Of a DNA stretch of 64,000 bases, positions 57,337 to 64,000 are shown piece by piece. The position numbers and the translations under genes are program-made. The stretch lies in the sequence record MW233709. One strand, written 5' to 3'. Origin of the DNA: Escherichia phage UPEC01. Under the pieces are notes generated by a model that saw only the letters and a list, made by a program, of their open reading frames with translations, searched no databases and was not told where the DNA came from. Within the stretch, counting starts at the first letter, position 1; every line of letters starts with the position of its first letter.

Positions 57337-57636
57337 ATGAAAGCCTGTCGGGTTGTTAACAAATATCAATCCGACTTTGATGTGAATATTCAACGGGGTA
57401 CCATGTGGGGAAATCCATATAAAGATGGTACCCGAGAAGAAAACATAAAGAACTTTAAAGAATATTTCATAGCAAAGATTAAATCGGGTGAAATCAAAAG
57501 AGAACATCTTGAAACTCTCCGCGGAATGCGATTAGCCTGCACATGCAAACCGAAGTCATGTCATGGCGACGTTATCGCTCTGGTCGTTAACAAACTTTTC
57601 AAAGACACCTTTTCGCTCGAGGATTTGGGTACATAA
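57337..57636 (+). CDS. DUF4326-like protein
   Basis: 99 aa; MWGNPY ... ACTCKP.SCHGDV pattern recalled for DUF4326 family; unverified. Confidence 0.4.
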   Translation: MKACRVVNKYQSDFDVNIQRGTMWGNPYKDGTREENIKNFKEYFIAKIKSGEIKREHLETLRGMRLACTCKPKSCHGDVIALVVNKLFKDTFSLEDLGT

Positions 57637-57695
57637 ATACGATTCCGCTTCAGGGCACTGTGATATAATTATTTAAAATTTAATGAGAGGAAATT

Positions 57696-57941
57696 ATGAA
57701 TTTACGATTTAAACGCCAGTCAGGCGAAGTCATTTTTGAAATGCCACAATTTACCGAACAGGATTTACCTGCACCAAATTCTTATATCACTATTGACGGA
57801 ATCAAATTTCTGGCCAAACGACATGAACGTGTCTACTGTCATGATTCAGCCGGTGATGTCCAGTCATATTTTGACATCACTGTCCAGTCAGAAGAAGAAT
57901 ATAATGATGAAATGACTTCGGAACTACCAGAGACAATTTAA
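57696..57941 (+). CDS. hypothetical protein (81 aa)
   Basis: ORF with GAGAGGAAA RBS. Confidence 0.45.
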   Translation: MNLRFKRQSGEVIFEMPQFTEQDLPAPNSYITIDGIKFLAKRHERVYCHDSAGDVQSYFDITVQSEEEYNDEMTSELPETI

Positions 57942-57974
57942 GGTTCCCAACCCTTTTGAACTATAGAGGAAAAC

Positions 57975-60230
57975 ATGCAAGTACAAAAAAGTAGTGGTGT
58001 ATCCCAAGATTTTGATGGCCAGAAAATTATTAAAGTTCTTTCTTGGTCATGTGAAGGAACCAATATCGACCCATACGAATTATACGAAACAATCAAACCA
58101 CATCTGCGCGATGGCATGACTACTCGCGATATTCAGACGGTTATCATCAAAGTGTCTGCTGGGCTTATCTCGGTTGAAGAACCAGATTACCAATATGTTG
58201 CAGCCAAAGCTACGATGTTTGCTCTGCGTAAAGATGTTTACGGACAATTTGAGCCGCGTTCTTTTATTGACCAGATTTCTTATTGTGTTAATGAAGGCAA
58301 ATACGACCCGGAGCTGTTGTCAAGCTACTCCGCCGAAGAGATTACTTATCTGGAATCTCGTATCAAACACGAACGTGATTTTGACTTGACTTATGCAGGC
58401 GCGATGCAGCTTAAAGAAAAATACCTGGTTAAAGATAAAACCACTGGGAAAATCTACGAGACTCCGCAATTCGCTATCATGGCTATCGGCATGGCACTGC
58501 ACCAGGATGAACCAACGGACCGCCTGAAGCACGTTTGCCGTTTTTATGATGCAGTATCCACCCGACAGGTTTCGTTGCCCACACCTATCATGGCGGGCGC
58601 CAGAACACCTACCAGGCAGTTCAGTTCATGTGTGGTTATCGAAGCGGCTGACTCCCTGAAGTCAATTAATAAGACTGCTAATTCAATCATCGAATATATC
58701 AGTAAGCGTGCAGGTATCGGTATCAACGTTGGCATGATTCGTGCTGAAGGTTCGAAAATCGGTATGGGCGAAGTCAAGCATACTGGTGTTATTCCGTTCT
58801 GGAAACATTTCCAAACGGCTGTTAAATCATGTTCACAAGGTGGAATCCGTGGCGGCGCTGCTACTGCTTATTATCCTATTTGGCATTTGGAAGTTGAAAA
58901 TTTACTCGTTCTGAAGAACAACAAGGGCGTTGAAGAAAACCGCATCAGACATATGGACTATGGTGTCCAGCTGAATAACCTGATGATGGAACGACTGGCT
59001 AAGAATGATTACATCACTCTGTTTAGTCCACACGAAGCTGGCGGTGAATTGTATTATTCATATTTTGATAACCCGGATAAATTCCGCGAGTTATATGAAG
59101 CCTTAGAAAAAGACCCGACAGTTCGCAAGAAACGTATCAAAGCAAAAGATGTATTTGAATTATTCATGACCGAACGTTCCGGTACGGCCAGGGTTTATCC
59201 GCAGTTCGTCGATAACGTGAATGACTACACTCCGTTCATCCGTGACAAGGCTCCGATTCGTCAATCAAACCTTTGCTGCGAAATTGCAATCCCGACTACT
59301 GATGTGAACAGCGAAGACGCTGAAATCGGATTGTGCACATTGTCCGCATTTGTTCTGGATAGTTTTGACTGGCAGGACCAAGATAAGATTAATGAACTGG
59401 CCGAAGTTCAAGTTCGGGCTCTTGACAACCTGTTGGACTATCAGGGTTATCCGGTTAAAGAAGCTCTGAAAGCCAAAAAACGCCGCAACCTGGGTGTTGG
59501 GGTTACTAACTATGCTGCATGGTTGGCAAGCAATTTCGCTTCCTACGCTGATGCAAACGATTTAACGCATGAACTGTTTGAGAGATTACAATATGGCCTT
59601 ATCCGTGCATCAATCAAGCTCGCCAAAGAAAAAGGACCTTGCGAATATTATTCAGACACTCGTTGGGCTCGAGGCGAATTACCTATCGACTGGTACAATA
59701 AAAAGATTGACCAAATCGCAGCTCCAAACTACGTTTGTGACTGGGCGCAGTTGCGGGAAGACCTGGTTGAACATGGCATCCGTAATAGCACATTATCAGC
59801 ACTTATGCCTTGTGAGTCATCTTCCCAAGTTTCTAACAGTACAAACGGTATCGAACCTCCGCGTGGACCAGTCTCTATTAAAGAGTCAAAAGAGGGTTCC
59901 TTTAATCAAGTCGTGCCCAATATTGAGCACAATAAAGGATTGTACGATTACGCATGGGTGCTAGCTAAGCAAGGTAACAAACCTTATCTGACACAAGTCG
60001 CGATTATGCTGAAATGGGTATGTCAATCAGCTTCAGCGAATACATATTATGACCCGCAGAATTATCCGAAAGGAAAAGTTCCGATGTCTGTTATGCTTGA
60101 CGACCTGATGTACTTCTGGTATTTTGGTGGAAAAAACCTTTATTATCATAACACTCGAGATGGTTCCGGAACAGACGATTACGAAATCGAAGCTCCTAAA
60201 GCAGAAGACTGCTCCGCCTGTAAACTTTGA
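57975..60230 (+). CDS. nrdA: ribonucleotide reductase large subunit NrdA
   Basis: 751 aa; ATP-cone N-terminus, active-site NLCCEI and C-terminal CSAC redox pair. Confidence 0.95.
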   Translation: MQVQKSSGVSQDFDGQKIIKVLSWSCEGTNIDPYELYETIKPHLRDGMTTRDIQTVIIKVSAGLISVEEPDYQYVAAKATMFALRKDVYGQFEPRSFIDQISYCVNEGKYDPELLSSYSAEEITYLESRIKHERDFDLTYAGAMQLKEKYLVKDKTTGKIYETPQFAIMAIGMALHQDEPTDRLKHVCRFYDAVSTRQVSLPTPIMAGARTPTRQFSSCVVIEAADSLKSINKTANSIIEYISKRAGIGINVGMIRAEGSKIGMGEVKHTGVIPFWKHFQTAVKSCSQGGIRGGAATAYYPIWHLEVENLLVLKNNKGVEENRIRHMDYGVQLNNLMMERLAKNDYITLFSPHEAGGELYYSYFDNPDKFRELYEALEKDPTVRKKRIKAKDVFELFMTERSGTARVYPQFVDNVNDYTPFIRDKAPIRQSNLCCEIAIPTTDVNSEDAEIGLCTLSAFVLDSFDWQDQDKINELAEVQVRALDNLLDYQGYPVKEALKAKKRRNLGVGVTNYAAWLASNFASYADANDLTHELFERLQYGLIRASIKLAKEKGPCEYYSDTRWARGELPIDWYNKKIDQIAAPNYVCDWAQLREDLVEHGIRNSTLSALMPCESSSQVSNSTNGIEPPRGPVSIKESKEGSFNQVVPNIEHNKGLYDYAWVLAKQGNKPYLTQVAIMLKWVCQSASANTYYDPQNYPKGKVPMSVMLDDLMYFWYFGGKNLYYHNTRDGSGTDDYEIEAPKAEDCSACKL

Positions 60231-60268
60231 TATAATTATGCTCATGGATGAGCTATTGAGGAAATAAA

Positions 60269-61447
60269 ATGAGTACAGTTTTTAATACCACTCCAGTGGA
60301 TGTTTTAGCCGAGCCGATGTTCTTCGGTTCTGGATTGGGGATTGCACGTTATGATATCCAGCGCCATAAAGTTTTCGAAGAATTAACAGAAAAGCAATTA
60401 TCATTCTTCTGGCGACCTGAGGAAGTCAACCTGATGATGGATGGAGCTCAATTTAATAAGCTTCCTGAACATCAACAAAATATTTTTACCAACAACCTGA
60501 AATACCAATCACTTCTGGATAGTATCCAGGGTCGTGCTCCAGCTGCAGCATTAGCCGCATTAGTTTCTGACCCGAGTCTTGATACATGGATTCAGACCTG
60601 GACATTCAGCGAGACAATTCACTCTCGTTCTTATACGCACATCATGCGAAATCTCTATACGGACCCGGCGAAGGTATTCGACGAAATCCTGTTAGATGAT
60701 GCAATCATGAAGCGCGCAGAATCCATTGGTCATTACTATGATGATGTTCTGAATAAAACTCGTCAATGGCAAAACCAGATTGCTTTTGTTGAACTGGCCA
60801 AAGAAACTCCCGAAGCGGACGAACGTTTGGAACGAGCTATCAAACAAGAAGCTATCGCCAAACGAGCATTGATGAAGTCTCTTTATCTCTGCCTGCATGT
60901 TATTAACGCCCTGGAAGCTATTCGTTTTTATGTATCTTTTGCATGTACTTTCAACTTCCATAAGAACATGGAAATCATGGAAGGTAATGCGAAGATAATG
61001 AAGTTCATCGCCCGTGATGAACAGCTCCACCTTAAGGGGACCCAATATATTCTTCGTCAGCTGCAAACTGGTGTTGACGGTGACGAATGGGTTAAAATCG
61101 CACACGAATGTGAAGCAGAAGCCGCAGCCATTTTCATGGAAGTTAATCGCCAGGAAAAAGAATGGGCCGTGCATCTGTTTAAAGATGGTGGGCTCCCTGG
61201 GTTGAGCGTCGAGATTCTTAACCGGTTCATCGATTACCTGACGGTTTCTCGTATGAAGCAATGTGGTCTCCCTTGTGAAATCGTGTTAGAATCTACTAAG
61301 CACCCGATTCCATGGATTCGCGAATATCTTAACTCTGATAATGTGCAATCTGCACCACAAGAAGTTGAGTTGTCTGCTTACCTGGTAGCCCAGATTGACA
61401 ATGACGTCGATGAGAATGTTCTTGCTGGTTTCCGTAAATATCTATAA
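60269..61447 (+). CDS. nrdB: ribonucleotide reductase small subunit NrdB (intronless)
   Basis: 392 aa continuous ORF with di-iron/tyrosyl radical motifs (FSETIHSRSY, EGNAKIM.FIARDEQLH). Confidence 0.95.
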   Translation: MSTVFNTTPVDVLAEPMFFGSGLGIARYDIQRHKVFEELTEKQLSFFWRPEEVNLMMDGAQFNKLPEHQQNIFTNNLKYQSLLDSIQGRAPAAALAALVSDPSLDTWIQTWTFSETIHSRSYTHIMRNLYTDPAKVFDEILLDDAIMKRAESIGHYYDDVLNKTRQWQNQIAFVELAKETPEADERLERAIKQEAIAKRALMKSLYLCLHVINALEAIRFYVSFACTFNFHKNMEIMEGNAKIMKFIARDEQLHLKGTQYILRQLQTGVDGDEWVKIAHECEAEAAAIFMEVNRQEKEWAVHLFKDGGLPGLSVEILNRFIDYLTVSRMKQCGLPCEIVLESTKHPIPWIREYLNSDNVQSAPQEVELSAYLVAQIDNDVDENVLAGFRKYL

Positions 61448-61449
61448 GG

Positions 61450-61469
61450 AAAGGGCTTCGGCCCTTTTT
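61450..61469 (+). terminator. intrinsic terminator hairpin
   Basis: aaagggcttcggccctttttg. Confidence 0.6.
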
Positions 61470-61473
61470 GCCC

Positions 61474-61884
61474 ATGAAACAAATCGCTGATGAATACAGT
61501 TTTATAAAATACGCGGAGTTAGAGTTAGTCGATGGTAAAATCCCTATTCTTACTCTCGCGAACAAGAAAAATGTTATCTATGCTATTTCAGTTGATGATG
61601 AACTAGTGTATATTGGTAAGACGAACAACCTTAAGAAGCGTATCAACTATTACCGGACTGCGATTAACCGAATCGACCAGACGAGCGATTCAAACAAATC
61701 CCGGATGATACATGAAGCTTTACAAGAAGGTAAAAAGGTGGTATTCTATGCACGACAATGTTTCAATCTGTCAATGACCAATGAACTTGGCACAATGTCA
61801 GTCGAAACGATGTCTCTGGAAGAGCCGATGTTCATCAAGCTTTTTAATCCCCCGTGGAATTACCAACATAAGGTGAAGAAATGA
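61474..61884 (+). CDS. denA: endonuclease II (DenA), GIY-YIG family
   Basis: 136 aa from ATG 61474; VIYAI...VYIGKT (GIY-x9-YIG), ...ARQCFNLSMTNELGTM...FIKLFNPPWN as T4 DenA. Confidence 0.8.
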   Translation: MKQIADEYSFIKYAELELVDGKIPILTLANKKNVIYAISVDDELVYIGKTNNLKKRINYYRTAINRIDQTSDSNKSRMIHEALQEGKKVVFYARQCFNLSMTNELGTMSVETMSLEEPMFIKLFNPPWNYQHKVKK

Positions 61885-63017
61885 TTGAATTATATGATAA
61901 CTTAATGAAGCTTTGCGCCGAATCCGATAAAGGTAAGTTTTTCTATACGGATTTTGTTTCTCCATTTGAAACTAAGTTCCGCATCTTTAGCTATAACTAT
62001 GCTTCCTATAGTGATTGGCTTCTTGATGATGCGCTGGAGTGTCGTGGCATTATGTTTGAAATGGATGACAATGGTCCAGTTCGCATTGCCGCCCGTCCTA
62101 TGGAAAAATTCTTTAATCTGGGTGAGAATCCAATGACCATGGACCTTAACCTTGATGAGGTTGTCCTGGTTACTGCAAAAGCTGATGGTAGCTTGGTTTC
62201 TACTTATATGGACCAGACTAATATCGCCTTTAAATCCAAAGGGTCAATCAAAAGCTCCCAAGCTGCTGAATCCTTGCAGGTGTTTAAACAAGAGCATCGC
62301 AGTGCATTCAGGGCTCGCGTAACTGAAATCACTGAAGCTGGTTATACATGCAATATGGAATATGTTGCACCAACCAACCGCATTGTTTTGCCTTACCAGG
62401 AACGTGACCTGATTTTACTGAACGTTCGCCATAATGAAACTGGTGAATATATTCCTTATCAGGAACTGTTCAAAGATGCTGCGCTCCGTCCTTTCCTGGT
62501 TGAAGCATATGACCCGGCGAGCATTGAGAATGTTCGTGGTATGAAAGAGATTGAAGGCTTCGTCTATGAGCTGGCAAGTGGTCAGAAGTTCAAGATGAAA
62601 ACAGAATGGTATTGTGCTCTGCATCATACTAAAGACTCCATTAATAATAATGAGCGACTGTTTGAAGTTGTTGTTGCTGGCGGGGCAGATGATGTTATTG
62701 CCATGTTTACTGGCGATACTTATGCTCGCGAAAAAGTTAATGCCTTTACTGTAACGCATCTGGATTATCTGTCCAATACATTGGGATTGTTGCTTGATGC
62801 TCAGAAACAACTGGCAGGAAAAGACCGACGCGAGTTTGCGATTAAAGGTCAAGAGTTGTGCAAACCATACCCGGGATTGTTCTCCGTATTAATGAACACC
62901 TATCAACGCCCACAGGAAACTGAACAAACGATTGCTCAAATCAATAAAGTTTTCCTTAAAAATCATAAACTTTACATTCCGTCGGACTACCAAGCGGAAG
63001 TAATCCTTCCTGAATAA
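61881..63017 (+). CDS. 63: RNA ligase 1 / tail fibre attachment protein gp63
   Basis: 378 aa; FRIFSYNYASYSDWLL.DALECRGIMFEMD, nucleotidyltransferase lysine motif KADGSL. Confidence 0.9.
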   Translation: MIELYDNLMKLCAESDKGKFFYTDFVSPFETKFRIFSYNYASYSDWLLDDALECRGIMFEMDDNGPVRIAARPMEKFFNLGENPMTMDLNLDEVVLVTAKADGSLVSTYMDQTNIAFKSKGSIKSSQAAESLQVFKQEHRSAFRARVTEITEAGYTCNMEYVAPTNRIVLPYQERDLILLNVRHNETGEYIPYQELFKDAALRPFLVEAYDPASIENVRGMKEIEGFVYELASGQKFKMKTEWYCALHHTKDSINNNERLFEVVVAGGADDVIAMFTGDTYAREKVNAFTVTHLDYLSNTLGLLLDAQKQLAGKDRREFAIKGQELCKPYPGLFSVLMNTYQRPQETEQTIAQINKVFLKNHKLYIPSDYQAEVILPE

Positions 63018-63027
63018 TAAAAAAGGG

Positions 63028-63056
63028 GTGTACAAGCCCCTCCTTTCTATACATAA
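63028..63056 (+). promoter_or_regulatory. early-type promoter
   Basis: GGGGTGTACAA ... CATAAT then GGTTCCATCAACTACTGATGAGGA leader. Confidence 0.45.
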
Positions 63057-63088
63057 TGGTTCCATCAACTACTGATGAGGACTAAAAC

Positions 63089-63322
63089 ATGTTAAACTTA
63101 ATTACAAATGAAAGAGTTACACAGGCATATGGTGACAGTAATGACGGAATCTATGTCTACAAGGGAGACCGCCGGATTGGTTTCATTACTGACCTGAAGG
63201 CCAAATTGTTAAAAGAACTGAAAGCTCAAACAGGTGATTCTGGGTTTAGAGCAAGAGCCAAAAAGAAAGATGAACGCCTGGGTGCCAACTCTTTTGGTCC
63301 CCGGGGTTACAACCGCTACTAA
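63089..63322 (+). CDS. hypothetical protein (77 aa), paralog of N-terminus of next ORF
   Basis: YGDSNDGIYVYKGDRRIGFITDLKAKL vs YGDRHDGIYVYKGTKKIGLMTDLRKKL. Confidence 0.45.
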   Translation: MLNLITNERVTQAYGDSNDGIYVYKGDRRIGFITDLKAKLLKELKAQTGDSGFRARAKKKDERLGANSFGPRGYNRY

Positions 63323-63335
63323 TGAGGAAAATATT

Positions 63336-63839
63336 ATGGATATGCAACTGATTTCAAATGAAATGATTGTCAATGAATATGGTGACCGTCATGACGGAAT
63401 TTATGTCTATAAAGGGACCAAGAAAATTGGTCTCATGACTGACTTGCGGAAAAAACTCGCCTCCGATAAAAAGTTGAAGGCGAAACAAAAAGAATATCGT
63501 GATAAAAAATCAGAAGAGCGGAAAGAAGCACTGCATGAATCTGTTCCTGAAATGGTTGACTTCTTAAAGAACCATTTGGTTAAATATGATGCAGAAGTGT
63601 TCATCAATCAGACCCAACCTAATGTGCATATCAATGGATGTGTTTGTTATGTTGTGGTTGAACCCCTGACACTTCAACACCGTCTGGGAATTAAACACCC
63701 AGTGTTGACCCAGGATGATATGGCGGATGAAGTTGGTAATCAGTTCCGCATTTCAGCATCTGACAGTACAAATCACATCCTCCTGAATGGTTTATCCCAG
63801 GATGATATTGTTGAGGTAATCATCAAGTTATGCAAATAA
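63336..63839 (+). CDS. Alc-like protein (by size and position)
   Basis: 167 aa from ATG 63336 (same length as T4 Alc), directly after gene 63 as in T4; sequence unverified. Confidence 0.45.
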   Translation: MDMQLISNEMIVNEYGDRHDGIYVYKGTKKIGLMTDLRKKLASDKKLKAKQKEYRDKKSEERKEALHESVPEMVDFLKNHLVKYDAEVFINQTQPNVHINGCVCYVVVEPLTLQHRLGIKHPVLTQDDMADEVGNQFRISASDSTNHILLNGLSQDDIVEVIIKLCK

Positions 63840-64000
63840 GTAATCTCACTGCAGGGCTTATGCTCGCCCTGGTAGTAACTGCTGGTAGTGGTTTCTATCT
63901 AAAAGCAAAAGTGGATAATCTCAAGACAGCGGTGGCGGAAGTCACCAAAGTCGCAGAAGATAATGCGAAAAATCTACAATCAGTAAAAGACCAGGTTAAT
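63830..64000 (+). CDS. i-spanin-like protein, N-terminal fragment (3' end outside window)
   Basis: N-terminal TM helix LTAGLMLALVVTAGSGFYL followed by coiled-coil-like sequence; T4 pseT.3 position. Confidence 0.35.
   Translation, partial: MQISNLTAGLMLALVVTAGSGFYLKAKVDNLKTAVAEVTKVAEDNAKNLQSVKDQVN

Overview
This window is a contiguous segment of a T4-like (Tevenvirinae-type) lytic myovirus genome, about 40% GC, with no rRNA, tRNA, CRISPR array or integrase/transposase. Gene order is almost perfectly syntenic with phage T4: + strand 45(partial)-44-62-regA-43-imm-like ... uvsX-40-41-(dmd-like, sp-like)-61 ... 56-soc ... ART pair (modA/modB-like)-srd-like-dda-dexA ... 39(fused with 60)-rIIA-rIIB ... 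(denB-, ndd-, stp-, ac-like)-52-motA ... asiA; then a minus-strand late block t-38-37-36-35-34 (holin plus long tail fibre, with a T2-type glycine-rich gp38 adhesin); then + strand rnh-dsbA-33-59-32 ... frd-td-nrdA-nrdB-denA-63(RNA ligase)-alc-like-spanin-like(partial). Between the conserved core genes lie 'hyperplastic' stretches packed with small ORFs, each typically bracketed by a GC-rich TTCG-loop terminator hairpin and a T4-type early promoter (GTGTACAA ... N16-17 ... (T/C)ATAAT) with a conserved leader, i.e. PeSL-like cassettes. Late promoters (TATAAATA) and MotA-box middle promoters are recognisable. I found no single clear-cut new defence or anti-defence system. The strongest leads for undescribed biology are two perfect or near-perfect tandem duplications (40 bp at 21093 and 91 bp at 27107, the latter duplicating a promoter plus gene start), a 37-bp repeat giving two adjacent unrelated ORFs the same C-terminal tail, an antisense pair of paralogous small membrane-protein genes where T4 carries dam, a small protein with an HGS-like ADP-ribosyltransferase motif, and several tandem paralog pairs. 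All identity calls rest on motifs I recognise, protein length and T4 synteny, not on database searches; hypothetical ORF starts were chosen by RBS and overlap logic and several use GTG/TTG-adjacent alternatives.
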